The translations under genes were made by a program, and so were the position numbers. 64,000 bases of DNA from Candidatus Obscuribacteraceae bacterium (lineage in GTDB: Bacteria; Cyanobacteriota; Vampirovibrionia; Obscuribacterales; Obscuribacteraceae), in assembly GCA_044226015.1 (NCBI GenBank), contig JBGAHS010000002.1, positions 819,435 to 883,434 on the forward strand, written 5' to 3'. Of this stretch, positions 9,039 to 20,400 are shown one piece after another (within the stretch, counting starts at the first letter, position 1; every line of letters starts with the position of its first letter). The notes beneath the pieces were generated by a model that saw only the letters and a program-made list of their open reading frames with translations, did not search any database and was not told the DNA's origin.

Positions 9039-9749
9039 CTACTTTGTAGCTGCGCTTTTTCCAGATTTTTTGGAATCTGCAGAACCTTTCGCTGCAGCAC
9101 TCTTCGGATCTGCTGGCGGGTTCGGATCACCCTTCTCTAGCTTATCGAGCAGAGCTAGCACTCTGTCATCGTTAGGGTCTAACTCAAGAGCCTTCGCCAG
9201 AGTCAGTTTCGCTTCACTAACATCACCGTTTTCATTTTGGACGCGACCGAGGTTGTACATCGCGTTCTCGTAATCTGGTTTTAACTGAATTGCAATTTTG
9301 TATTCTTGCGCGGCACCCTTAAGGTCGCCTGACTTAGATTTTGCATTGCCGAGCACTACGCGGAAGATGGCGTTATCTTTGTCGATTTTTACCGCCTTAT
9401 TCGCTTCCTCTAATGCCTCATTGTATTTTTTCAAATCGAAATAGTTAACGCTGAGATTTGCGTGAGCAGCACCCATATCAGGTTTGATTTCAATTGCTTG
9501 CTTTAGATACTTTTCGGCTTCTGCGTTCTTGCCATTCTGGCGCAGAGCGAAGCCCAGATCATTCAATGCTTCAGGGTCTTTCGGGTTCTTATCAACCTTA
9601 GCTTGAGCAGCCTTCAAATCAGGCGCCCCCTGTGTGCCCTTTCTCCAGGACCCAGCGCGCCCATCCTTATCTGCGGCAAAACTCACAGTAGATGTTGCAA
9701 GTGCAACACAAGCGCTCAATACGATACTGGGCAATAGCAAAGATCTCAT
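9039..9749 (-). CDS. Secreted TPR protein
   Basis: Signal peptide ending SFA; 4-5 TPRs (ALNDLGFAL, AHANLS, VVLGNA, AMYNLG); GGAGGG RBS before ATG 9749. Confidence 0.85.
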   Translation of the reverse strand: MRSLLLPSIVLSACVALATSTVSFAADKDGRAGSWRKGTQGAPDLKAAQAKVDKNPKDPEALNDLGFALRQNGKNAEAEKYLKQAIEIKPDMGAAHANLSVNYFDLKKYNEALEEANKAVKIDKDNAIFRVVLGNAKSKSGDLKGAAQEYKIAIQLKPDYENAMYNLGRVQNENGDVSEAKLTLAKALELDPNDDRVLALLDKLEKGDPNPPADPKSAAAKGSADSKKSGKSAATK

Positions 9750-10007
9750 GATGACCCTCCGAAGTCGTGCTGAAATCATAGCAACCGACCATCTAGCAGA
9801 CCTTAAGGGAGAATCAGACGAGACCGCTTACCAACGGCGACAAGCGCCAGAGCATCGCTATGGCAGCGTTTAGGGCGCTTTACTGCAAGTGAAGATTTTC
9901 CCAGAAGTCCCTCCGTATTGGGACTATAACGTACTGACCGACTCTTCGCACACGCCGGGTATAGCGGAAAGCCAGCGCCCCCAGGCGAGCAGATTTAGCC
10001 GTAGACC

Positions 10008-10205
10008 CTACGGCGTACCTGGTCCACTTGGCGCCCCGAAGAACACCACAATAATCAAAAACAATCCGACAGAAACGCCCAACAATCCGAACAAGGCAGA
10101 CTCAATCATATTCTTAGCGTCAAGCGAACTCTTAGCGATGAATCCACCGCCCAGCACAAAAACGATGCCTACGATAAATTGCAAAATTTTCTCGACGAAT
10201 TCCAC
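10008..10205 (-). CDS. Small two-TM membrane protein
   Basis: GTG start 10 nt after the amrS stop; two hydrophobic helices (ILQFIVGIVFVLGGGFIA; ALFGLLGVSVGLFLIIVVFFG). Confidence 0.5.
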   Translation of the reverse strand: MEFVEKILQFIVGIVFVLGGGFIAKSSLDAKNMIESALFGLLGVSVGLFLIIVVFFGAPSGPGTP

Positions 10206-10215
10206 TGAGTCTCGC

Positions 10216-11304
10216 TTAGTCGCCAAAATGCACTGACATTCGTTTCCGCCCCCAGACGCCATCGAGTTTGTCGAAGTGTCCTGGAATGGTCTCCCCACAG
10301 TGCTGGCAACAACTGCCATTCATGTAATACTTCCCTATGTTAAACCAATCGCGCTCGATTACAAGCTTTTTGCACGCGTGACAATACGTACTCTGCGTAT
10401 TTTTGTCATTAATATTGCCGGTATAAACATACCGAATTCCCGCGTCCATTGCTATTTGACGAGCACGCAGCAATGTGGCGGGCGGAGTTGCTGGAGTGTC
10501 CTTCATGCGGAAATCAGGATGGAAGGCAGTGAAATGCACAGGCACATCAGTACCGAGATTTTGCACAATCCAGTCACACATGCGCTTAGTCTCGTCTTCG
10601 GAATCATTTTCGTTGGGAATCATCAAATTTGTGATTTCAAACCAGACAGTGCTTTCGTGTTTAAGCCATTTCAGCGTGTCCAATACTGGCTCAAGCGCAG
10701 CCAGGCTGAGCCGCTGATAGAACTTCTCGGTGAACGCTTTCAAATCAACATTAGCTGCATCAATCACTGAATAGAATTCTGCGCGAGCCTCAGGACTAAT
10801 ATAACCAGCAGTAACCGCGACAGCCTTCACGCCCCTCTCATGGCAGGCTTTGGCAGTGTCGATTGCATATTCGGCCCAAATAACCGGATCATTATATGTA
10901 AAGGCCACGCTCTTGCAATTCAGCCTAACGGCCGCAGCAGCAATTTGTTCAGGGCTAGCAGATTCACTGAGCAACTCGATTTCTCGAGCCTTACTGATAG
11001 ACCAGTTCTGGCAGAACTTGCAACCGAGATTGCAACCAGCAGTTCCAAACGACAAAATGCTGGAACCGGGAAGGAATTGATTCAAAGGCTTCTTCTCAAT
11101 TGGGTCGACACAAAACCCCGTGCTTTTGCCGTACGTGGTCAAAACCATTTTGTCGCCAACATTTGCCCGAACAAAACAAAAGCCCCGATCGCCCTCTTTT
11201 AAAACGCAAGCGCGGGGGCATAATTCACAAAGAATCTTGCCGCCCTCAACAGGCTTCCACCAGCGCCCAGCGTGAGTTTCGCCGTATTGTTCTTTTGTTT
11301 CCAT
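10216..11304 (-). CDS. amrS: AmmeMemoRadiSam system radical SAM enzyme
   Basis: CELCPRAC...GFCFVR, VDPIEKKPL, GCNLGCKFCQNWSIS (CxxxCxxC), AFTYNDP, AANVDLKAF, HFTAFHPD, C-terminal CxxC pairs. Confidence 0.92.
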   Translation of the reverse strand: METKEQYGETHAGRWWKPVEGGKILCELCPRACVLKEGDRGFCFVRANVGDKMVLTTYGKSTGFCVDPIEKKPLNQFLPGSSILSFGTAGCNLGCKFCQNWSISKAREIELLSESASPEQIAAAAVRLNCKSVAFTYNDPVIWAEYAIDTAKACHERGVKAVAVTAGYISPEARAEFYSVIDAANVDLKAFTEKFYQRLSLAALEPVLDTLKWLKHESTVWFEITNLMIPNENDSEDETKRMCDWIVQNLGTDVPVHFTAFHPDFRMKDTPATPPATLLRARQIAMDAGIRYVYTGNINDKNTQSTYCHACKKLVIERDWFNIGKYYMNGSCCQHCGETIPGHFDKLDGVWGRKRMSVHFGD

Positions 11305-11641
11305 ACAAACCTTTTCCCAATACCATACATAAATATCATAGCTGGAAGCAGAGCCAATCACCACTTCAGGCTTGGAACACTATTGCATAGAATTCCAATT
11401 GGACCATTAAGCAATGTGAGTGAAACATTAACTGGGCCGCATCTTGCTTGAAACCTGATAGTTCTTGCCACACAAAAGCTTCGGGACACGCCGCCTCTTC
11501 CTGAGAAAGACTTATATACGTAATTCCCCCAATGCACTTGGGCCACAATGATTTAGGGACTTGATTTTATCTAGAAATCTGTCCACACCCACCAGTTTTT
11601 GCGTAGATACGCATGGGTGAGAGAGATGGGTGTTGGGTATC

Positions 11642-13948
11642 ATGGCACTGGATCAAGTCAAAGATTCTAAAAAGCCTGAAGAGTCAGCAAGTGAAGCTGC
11701 GGCAAAACTCTTCAAAGATGCAATCGGCAATCTGGGTGAAAAATCTCCAGTTGAAAACAAGACCGACGCAGCCAAACCGGCAGCGCAAAACGCAAAGCAA
11801 GATGCTACTGCGAACGAAAGCTCTATGTTCGACAGCCTTTCAAGCGCGTTTCACAAGACGGCTGACTGGATAACTTCCTCAACGGTTCTGCACTATATCA
11901 ACCCGATCGCCGCGAGCATCGGCGCTGGTATCAGTCTTGGTGGCGAGCTTGTTAAGGTTGCAGAAAACCTTTACCAGTCCGAAGACAAAAAGCTTACAGT
12001 GTCGAAGATCAATAGCCAGGAAGCTACAAAGCTAAAAAATGACTGGGACAAGATGTTCGACAGCGACAAGCCAAGCGTCGCCGCAGGCTCTGCAAAAGGC
12101 AGCATCGAATTCAACGACATTTTCGAAAGCTTGAAAAAGCCAGCCGAAATCAAAGTAGATCGCGTAAGTGATGAAGTAGCTTCCGTTCCTACAAATCAGG
12201 ATGCTACACGCTGGCTCTTCGGTGCAAATGAGAGACTCACCAGTGCTGACTACCTGCATAACTTCAGCAACGAAAAGAAAGAAAAGACAGAAATCAGCAC
12301 AGAAGCTGGACACGTTCATGTTGAAAAATCAGACGCAAATGGCAATGTCAGAACAATTGTAGATAAGACAGACAACAAAACAGTTGTTTTGCGTGACAAT
12401 GAATCGGTCGTCATTGAAAACGGCAAAGAAGTCATCAAAGGTGACGGATACAAAGTTACCTGGGATGAGCAAAACAAGCGCCACGTCACCCTCGACAACG
12501 GCAATGAATTGGTCAGAGATGGCAACAACGTCAAAATGAATCTCGCACAAGACAAGCTCGAGATAACCCCACATGTTTTGAAAAATCAAACAGCAGGCTT
12601 TTCATTTGTTGATACCAAAGACAACCTCGCGGCAAAAACCGAAGAGATCCGCAAAACCCTCGGCGAAGGACAAACCTACTTGCTCGCAATCAAAGGCGTT
12701 GGCACCAGAACAATTTTTCAGGACGGCACAACCTTTGATGTTCAACAACAGAAAGCAAGATTGGAAACAGCCAACCATCAAGTTTTCCATTTCGAAATCA
12801 AAGAAGGACAACTCTACGTTCGCAAGGACGGCGAGCTGCTTCCTATAACCAGCGAAAAATCACCAATCAAAGCAGTAGACGGCAAATTCAAAATCGGTGA
12901 CCTCGTTATTGACCAGCGCGAGTTATGCATCAAAACTGATGGTGACAAGCCAGGACAACACAGAACTCCAGATAGCTGCAAAACAGAAACAAGCTGCAAA
13001 CCAGAACCAGAGCTTGCATGCACAATCGCTAAGCCTGGTGATGCAAACAAAGAAACAGCTCCTGCAGCGGACTCTTGTGCTCCAAAAATATCACCATTCA
13101 ATGTAAACCTACAAACCGGCGAATTCAGCTGGGTCGGAAAAGATGGCAGAGTCTGGCACGGTAACATCAACCCAGATGGCAGCACACAAATAAACGACGG
13201 AAACAAAAAATATGAAAACAACGCTACTGATAGCAAAGTCAAAGTCACAGTTGAACAACCTGCAGCCGTTCCGGCTGCAACTGATGCCAAAGTTCAACCT
13301 GCTCAGCCAGCCAAGCCAGAAGTGACCACAATTGACCTGGCTACTACAACAATCGACACACCAAAGTTAGTGGACACCGTCAAAGATACAACAATCAAAG
13401 ATACTAACACTGTAATTCATAATGACCGTGTAGTTGAATTCAAAGATGGTCCAACCGTAAATCCTGATGGCTCAGTTCGTGTTGACCGCGACACATTCAT
13501 TGCAAAAGACATGCATGTTTACTCCCGTGACTGGGAGTCTAGTGCAGCAGTAAGCAGCGAGCGCAATGCCAATAGCATTTTCGGTTCGAGCAAAGCACCG
13601 CTTACTGAAGCCCAAGCACAAACAGCAGCAATCAACATTGCACAGAAAGCATCAAGCATTCAAAATCTTGCAAAATCAGGTGTTGTTAGATGGACAGAAG
13701 TTGCTTCATTAAACGCAGCTCTGGGCGACGTGCTTTCAATGATGTCCTCTGTGCCAGCAGGAAGCGCAGCACACGCAATGTTAATGCAAAGCTACAGCCT
13801 GATCATCAACGCAATTAACGTGGCTACGCCAAAGGCTCAAGCCGCAGAATCAGCCAATCAGATGGGTAGCGAAAACAAACAGGTCATTAAAGCAATCGAA
13901 AACGGCGCAAGCACAAGCGATTTGAAAAACCTGCATCGCGCTGCATAA
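11642..13948 (+). CDS. Large hypothetical protein (beta-rich middle, helical C-terminus)
   Basis: 768-aa uninterrupted ORF; no known motif recognised. Confidence 0.75.
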   Translation: MALDQVKDSKKPEESASEAAAKLFKDAIGNLGEKSPVENKTDAAKPAAQNAKQDATANESSMFDSLSSAFHKTADWITSSTVLHYINPIAASIGAGISLGGELVKVAENLYQSEDKKLTVSKINSQEATKLKNDWDKMFDSDKPSVAAGSAKGSIEFNDIFESLKKPAEIKVDRVSDEVASVPTNQDATRWLFGANERLTSADYLHNFSNEKKEKTEISTEAGHVHVEKSDANGNVRTIVDKTDNKTVVLRDNESVVIENGKEVIKGDGYKVTWDEQNKRHVTLDNGNELVRDGNNVKMNLAQDKLEITPHVLKNQTAGFSFVDTKDNLAAKTEEIRKTLGEGQTYLLAIKGVGTRTIFQDGTTFDVQQQKARLETANHQVFHFEIKEGQLYVRKDGELLPITSEKSPIKAVDGKFKIGDLVIDQRELCIKTDGDKPGQHRTPDSCKTETSCKPEPELACTIAKPGDANKETAPAADSCAPKISPFNVNLQTGEFSWVGKDGRVWHGNINPDGSTQINDGNKKYENNATDSKVKVTVEQPAAVPAATDAKVQPAQPAKPEVTTIDLATTTIDTPKLVDTVKDTTIKDTNTVIHNDRVVEFKDGPTVNPDGSVRVDRDTFIAKDMHVYSRDWESSAAVSSERNANSIFGSSKAPLTEAQAQTAAINIAQKASSIQNLAKSGVVRWTEVASLNAALGDVLSMMSSVPAGSAAHAMLMQSYSLIINAINVATPKAQAAESANQMGSENKQVIKAIENGASTSDLKNLHRAA

Positions 13949-14004
13949 TCAATGCATCACGGTGCCACATAGCAGCACTCAATTCTTGCCACATTAGAGA
14001 GAGA

Positions 14005-17000
14005 TCAACGTTGTGACACGCCCGCCTTTTTCAGGGCTTCTAGTTTCTGCAGTTCAGACTCATCTTTCATTTCTTGTGCACAACTAATTGCAGCGCTGAT
14101 GCTGCCGGTCCACTTATTCAAGCCATTGTTTCCCAGTTTTGCAAACTGTGCGATCGCCTTTTTGTAATAAGCGATTGCTTGCACATTATCTTTTTTAGCG
14201 GCGTAAACATTTCCCATCAGGTGGTCGACGTAACCGATTTTAAGCTCCTTTTGCCATGAATCATGGCTATCAGACTCGACGGCAAATCGTCTGACCTCAT
14301 TCAAACATTGTTTCGCTTCTTCCCACTGCTTGCTGTCAGTGTACGCCACTGCCAACTCAACCTTAACATCATTGTAAAACACCTTCATTCCCAAGCTTTG
14401 TTGCTTGTTCATTGTCAAACATTGCTTCAAAAGAGTAATGCGTTGAGGAAGTTCATTTCCTGCAAGATAAAGCAGTGATTTCCGATATGGACCCAGGCAC
14501 TTTAGGGATTCAGGTGCACTATTTTGAATGATATCAATGCAATAAAGTGCGAGTTCTCGATCTGGCTGTAACAAATAATTAGTCCACACAAAATTGAGGA
14601 TCGCATTTACTGCGCGATCGTCAGCCAGCGGATAATTTCCAATTTCCTTCAAACTTACAAGACACTGCTTGCGCTTATCTGCCTGCTTTGTCTTGCCATA
14701 CACTTCAGCAAGAAGGAGATAAAATCTGAATTGCAGCCATCTCTGTTCAGGTTCTCTAGTTCGCAAGTCTTCAATACTAGCTAAAGAAGCATGCTGGGCT
14801 TCCTCATAGTTCTGAACAGAAATCTGGTACAAGACAAAATTCGAAGACTTTTCTATCCACTCGGATAAATTCGACATTTTGACATTCATCATCAGCGAAG
14901 AGTTGGCATTCAAAAATGTCTTCAACTCCGCATATTGCTTCAACTCAAGCAAAGCAGAACAATACACATATGCTTGTTCGACCAAATATGGCTCAGCTCG
15001 AATGTCGTTTCGATACTCGTCGAAGAACGATTTGGCGACGGCACCTAACATTTTCACATCATTCTGAAGCCTGAAGAGCAGTTCTCTTAATCGAGCGATT
15101 TCGGCTTTACCTTCCAAAATATATGAATTCTGCTTACTTGAAATGGGTTGTTCTTGCATTTCCTTGAGGAGCTCTTCAATTCCCTTCACATGCTCCGAAA
15201 GCAAGTCTGCATTAGTGAACCCCAAAACATTCGTCAAGTCCAATTTTTTCCGGTAAAGAAACAAGCCTATTTCAGGAAATTGCTTTCCATACAATTTAAG
15301 TCCATCTTCCGCGGTATCAAGGGCTTGCATGTATTGCAAGTCTTCAGAGTACATATCAATCACACGCGAAATAGCAGATTGGTAAGCATCCTCGCAATCA
15401 AACTTGCTCTGGCTCTTATCTCCCGAAGAGAATTTGTCGAGAGCCTTCTTTGCCAGGTCGAAAGCCTTCGCAATATATTTTGATTCCGCCGCTTTATCAC
15501 CTCGCTGCAGAGCATTCACTGAAAGCATTGTAAGAGCCATAACCTTGCCTTTCACACTGGGCGCTATCGAGAAAAACTCTTCCTCCAACTTTTGCGCTTC
15601 TGCATATTTCTTTGCGGCAAGGAACTGATTTGCAAGATAACGGTCAGCTTCTTGGAGTTGAGTTTTCATAGCATTTTTCTTGAAGACAGTCCGCGCTCTT
15701 TGAGCATGATTAATCAACCGTTCTGTATAACCATAAACAGCAAACAATCTCGTCAATGCCAGATCAGCCTTTGCTTTCCCAACTTCATTATTCTCGAAAA
15801 ACCTATCGACTGATGCAACACATTCGTTGATACCTCGTTCATCCCGCAAAGCAAAACACGCAGTTAACATTCGGCTGGCTCCCGCTATTTCGTCATCATT
15901 AGCTATGTAAGCGTCCCCCGAAACTTGCGCGACCTTCCAGGACTTGCTGTACTCAAGCTTGGCACTTTTATAATCACCCAGGCCCATGTAACAATCACCT
16001 AGAAGCCTCAGGAATATGACTTGCTGCATCTTCTCTCTGTGAATTTCGGGGAATTTTTTCTCAAATTCTCCGTAGATGACTATCGCCTCACGAAATTGTC
16101 TCAGCTCTACAAGTCGGCTCATGTAGGCATAAAGCGCTGCTGAAGCTCTTGGAAAAAAACTAGTCGCAAACAAAGATTCGACTATCACCTTCGCTTCGTC
16201 CATCCGATCTAATTTACACAACTGTTGTACTCGCAGAGCTTTAACAGCGTCACTTGTAGTAGCATCGAACTGCTTAGCGTAACGCTTTTCCCAGTTATCT
16301 ATATATTCTAAAGCCTGGTCGGCATCCTGATTAGCCTTCGTAGATTTAGTATTTATATCTCCAATCTTTTTAGTCAACTCCTCAATTCGAATTGGCAACC
16401 TGCTATTAACTTTTTGGATTCCACGGTTTGGCAAAACATCCGCCAAATCTGGCGACTTTGATCTAGCTTTCTTAGTGCTCGAAATGTAATAGAAAAAACC
16501 GGCACAGCAAATGAGCAACGCGAGCACAGCTATGCTTCGTTTATGATCTTGGTGAGCGTCGCTAATCGATTTTTTCAGACAATCCTTGCTGACTTTGCAT
16601 TGTTCAAAGTCGTGTTTTAGCTCAGCCAAATTTTGATAACGATCTTGCGCATCACGCTCAAGACATTTCTTGATCAACTTTGCTAAAGACGGCGGAAGTT
16701 TCTTCAAAAAGCCGAGTCTCTTTTGCGTAATCTCAAGGTGTCGAGACATGACTTCCAGGTCAGTGCCACCACTAAATGGTGCAGTGCCTATCAATGCTTC
16801 TGACATAACACAGCCGATAGAATAAATATCGCTGCGCTGGTCGATTGATTTCTCTCCCCGGCATTGCTCTGGGCTCATATACCCAGCGCTACCTAACAGC
16901 AGCCCGGTATTGGTAGATGACTGAGCCTCTGCTTCGATTGATTTGGCAAGTCCAAAATCAATCAAAACAGCATTCAAGACACCGTTCTCGCGCTTTACTA

Positions 17001-17448
17001 TGATGTTTGAAGGTTTTATATCTCGATGAACAATCTTCTTCTCGTGGGCATGTTCGACTCCACTCAGCAAATCGGAGAAGAAAGAAAAAAAGTCGGGTAG
17101 GGAAAGCTTTGATTCGTCAGCAAGAATTTCAGCCAGCGTTCTACCTTCAATATAATCCATAACCAGGTATAGTCGACCATCTGCTGTTACTCCGCTGTTA
17201 TACACGCGTGCTATTGCAGGATGCGACAAAGAAGAACATAGTGCAGCCTCCGTCTTAAACCGCTGAATAGCTAACTCACTCGTCAAAAGATGAGGGTGAA
17301 TAACTTTTACCACTATGTCACGCTCAAGAAGTAAATCTCGCGCTTTGTATGCACTGGAAGAAGCGCCTTTCCCGAGAAGCTCGCCTAAGATGTAGCGCTT
17401 ATCAAAAGACTTTTCTTGAATTTCGTCATTTTCACCTGGAGAAGACAC
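14005..17448 (-). CDS. Hanks-type Ser/Thr protein kinase with TM helix and long TPR-like C-terminal region
   Basis: LGKGASS, VVKVI, HRDIKPSN, DFG, YMSPEQ, DIYSIG; TM IAVLALLICCAGFFYYI; helical repeats. Confidence 0.92.
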   Translation of the reverse strand: MSSPGENDEIQEKSFDKRYILGELLGKGASSSAYKARDLLLERDIVVKVIHPHLLTSELAIQRFKTEAALCSSLSHPAIARVYNSGVTADGRLYLVMDYIEGRTLAEILADESKLSLPDFFSFFSDLLSGVEHAHEKKIVHRDIKPSNIIVKRENGVLNAVLIDFGLAKSIEAEAQSSTNTGLLLGSAGYMSPEQCRGEKSIDQRSDIYSIGCVMSEALIGTAPFSGGTDLEVMSRHLEITQKRLGFLKKLPPSLAKLIKKCLERDAQDRYQNLAELKHDFEQCKVSKDCLKKSISDAHQDHKRSIAVLALLICCAGFFYYISSTKKARSKSPDLADVLPNRGIQKVNSRLPIRIEELTKKIGDINTKSTKANQDADQALEYIDNWEKRYAKQFDATTSDAVKALRVQQLCKLDRMDEAKVIVESLFATSFFPRASAALYAYMSRLVELRQFREAIVIYGEFEKKFPEIHREKMQQVIFLRLLGDCYMGLGDYKSAKLEYSKSWKVAQVSGDAYIANDDEIAGASRMLTACFALRDERGINECVASVDRFFENNEVGKAKADLALTRLFAVYGYTERLINHAQRARTVFKKNAMKTQLQEADRYLANQFLAAKKYAEAQKLEEEFFSIAPSVKGKVMALTMLSVNALQRGDKAAESKYIAKAFDLAKKALDKFSSGDKSQSKFDCEDAYQSAISRVIDMYSEDLQYMQALDTAEDGLKLYGKQFPEIGLFLYRKKLDLTNVLGFTNADLLSEHVKGIEELLKEMQEQPISSKQNSYILEGKAEIARLRELLFRLQNDVKMLGAVAKSFFDEYRNDIRAEPYLVEQAYVYCSALLELKQYAELKTFLNANSSLMMNVKMSNLSEWIEKSSNFVLYQISVQNYEEAQHASLASIEDLRTREPEQRWLQFRFYLLLAEVYGKTKQADKRKQCLVSLKEIGNYPLADDRAVNAILNFVWTNYLLQPDRELALYCIDIIQNSAPESLKCLGPYRKSLLYLAGNELPQRITLLKQCLTMNKQQSLGMKVFYNDVKVELAVAYTDSKQWEEAKQCLNEVRRFAVESDSHDSWQKELKIGYVDHLMGNVYAAKKDNVQAIAYYKKAIAQFAKLGNNGLNKWTGSISAAISCAQEMKDESELQKLEALKKAGVSQR

Positions 17449-20400
17449 TTAAACGATTCTCCTTTTTAATTGAAGAAGTGTTCCGAAGCTTCCCGATGTC
17501 GGCTGGAAGTCGGCGCTCCCAGGTGCGAGGACTGCGCTTGCAGATGCCGGCTGGAAGCTGGCGCTCACAGGTGTGAGGACTGCCCCAGACAGGTTCGTTT
17601 TCTTAGCGTATTTCTTGAGCGATTTTCGCAGATGCTGAAGAAGTTCAAGCGTCCGATCTTTTCCGCGAAATTCTCCAGATTTCTTAGCTAGTTCATCAGC
17701 AAGATCTAACTGTTCTTTTGCCTTTTCCACATCACCAACTTCCATAAGACTTTGAGCGAGCACCGAATAGGCACTTATCTTTATTTCACCAGGGGCAGCA
17801 GCCAGAGCCAATTTTGATTCCTCAACTGCTTGCTCAAAATTTCTTTGAGCACGAGCAATTCTTACCAACGTAGTGTGAATTCGGTATTTCCAAACATCAG
17901 CCAGAACTGGGTCTTTTTGCTTGAGTCTGTTGTTCAAAACATTTTCGGCATCGGCATAGCGCCCCATCTGAAGCAAAACTAGAGCCTGGTCAATTTCAAG
18001 ATTAGTAGGAACAGGCGTGCCATCTCTTTTGGCTTGCGTTAAAGATTTGTCCAGGCTGTTCAACGCGTCAGGCAATTTTTTCTCATATACTTTTAATTGC
18101 GAATATCGCCGCTTGCCTTCTAGAAGCAACTTTTGCCAGATGTCGGGACGTTCCGCAATTGTCTTTTCAATTTCGGCGATCAAGTCTTTAGCTTTCTCAC
18201 CGTGATTGCTTTCAAAATACGAAGTTGCGAGAACTAACTCGTCAAACAACAGTGCAGCTTCATCGATCTTTGATTGCTTCCTGAAATATAACGCTTGCTC
18301 TTCAGCTTTTATCGCCTGTTCTGGCAAACCAGCACTCGTATATACTTGAAATTCGATTTCTCGATTAATTCCAAGGAGAGTTGGTCGATCAATACCATAC
18401 CTAGCCAATTCAATGTCATCGATACTCTTCAGCATCTGTTCTGCTTCTTTTAGTAAGGCTAACCCTCGATTTGTATCAGCGTATTCTAACGCCATCTTGG
18501 ACCTTAGCGAAACGTAAATCAACTTCCTGAATGTTGTCTTAGTTCCAACAAAAGAAGACCAATCATCGAGAAATTTTATTGCCGCATTGGCACCATGTTC
18601 TACTCTTATATTTGCGGCACAAGAACCAAGGCTTTGATCTAAGAGAACAATGTCTGCGCCGGTCAATTGAACAGGACCTCTCAAAAGTGCCCGCCACTCG
18701 TTTACTATGGCCCTGTCAAAGTCCGCAACATCCTTATTCAATTTTAGAATAGTAGCATCGGCTTTCATTGCAATTAGTATCTGAATTTTCAAGTTCCTGT
18801 CAGTCACGTGGTTAAACAAGCCTCTTTCCAATTCAAGTGCTCGCCTGTTCTCATTAATTGAACGAAGCAGACTGCAATAGGGCATTACTATGGTCGCGCG
18901 TTCACCTGGAGGACATCGAGACAAAGCCATTTCGTACAAGCTCAACGAAGTCTTGGGGTCATCCTTTTGAATCTCCTGCGCCATTTCAGCAAAGGCTATG
19001 TGCTTTCCTCTCTCTTGAAATTGGTCAATCTGACTCAAATAATTTTCGAGCAGAATGTTCGCCTTTTTCTTGTCACCAGCACGTAGCAATGCAACAACAT
19101 ACCTTTTTCTCGAATCAGTACCGGTATGACCAAATTCGGTAAATTTCGAACTCATGATCTTTTCATTTTCTTCGCCCAGCCGAACAGCCTTTTGCGCATC
19201 ACCTAACTCCAGGTAACACGCGATCTCATCAGCCTTAGCTTGAACCGCGAGCTTGGGGAGTTGCGCAAATCTTTCGTCATGAACAAACTGCTCTAATTTC
19301 TTGATTCCACCGGAAAAATCACGCTTCGCTTTAAAGTAAATAAAATAGGAATCCACTACCGTCGGTGCAATTTCATTAGCGAACGAACTGGAAAGTACTC
19401 TCTTCGAATATGTTTCCATCGAGTCATAATCAAGAACCATAGCAAATTGGACAATCGCACTGGTCCACAAACTCACAGATTCTCGGTCAGCGTGCCTGCG
19501 AGAATGCTTTTCGTCCCAGCGCCGATATAGAATTCGCAACTGCTTTCCAGTTGGGTCAAGGTTCATATATTTATTGCCGAGCGCTGAAACTTTATCGGGG
19601 TCGGCCGGCAGCTCGACAAGATTTGAATCTGCAACCTCAGAGTTCTTACCCTTTTTGTCCTCTATAGCATTATCGAGAACAGCAGCCTCTTTAGCGCGGC
19701 TATTTGTTATTGCAAGGTAAGCAACAAATCCAGACAATAGCAATAAGCACAAAGCACCAACCACAATAAGTGGCGGTTTCCAGTTACGTATTTCGGTTTT
19801 GCGAGTGCAAGCAAGAAAGCTCTGCCGCAACTGAGAAATATTTTGGAATCTATCACTTCGATTTTTCTGCAGCCCCTTACGAAACAAAGGCACCATATTC
19901 GATGGCACATTTTTCAAAATATCAGAACCATCTACGGAAGCATTAACATGCTTGTACATAACGTCCAGCGATGAATCTCCTGTAAAAGGAGGTTTCCCGG
20001 TTAGCGCCTCGAACATTACGCAGGTCAACGAATAAACATCGCTCCTTTCGTCAATCTCTCTTTCGCCACGGCATTGTTCTGGACTCATATAGGCGCTTGT
20101 GCCCATAATCGCCCCTGTTGCGGTGAGGTGCTGATTCTGATTCTCAACCCATTTCACCAGCCCAAAATCAACTAACACAGCTTGCTCTTGCCCGTCTCTA
20201 GACGAAATCATGATATTACTTGGTTTGAGATCACGATGAACAACTCCAAGTTCATGAGCGTAGATCAAAGCATCGGTGAGTTGGTCGAAAATATTCAAAA
20301 ATTGTGTTGCAGATAACGTTCCTTGTTCCGCCAAAACAGAAGCCAGAGAACGCCCCGAGATGAAGTCCATTACCATGAACAAGCGACCTGCAGGAGTTGC

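Noticed and set aside
17495..17583. CRISPR array
   Set aside because: Only two units with a 7-bp gap, inside a CDS, and no cas genes
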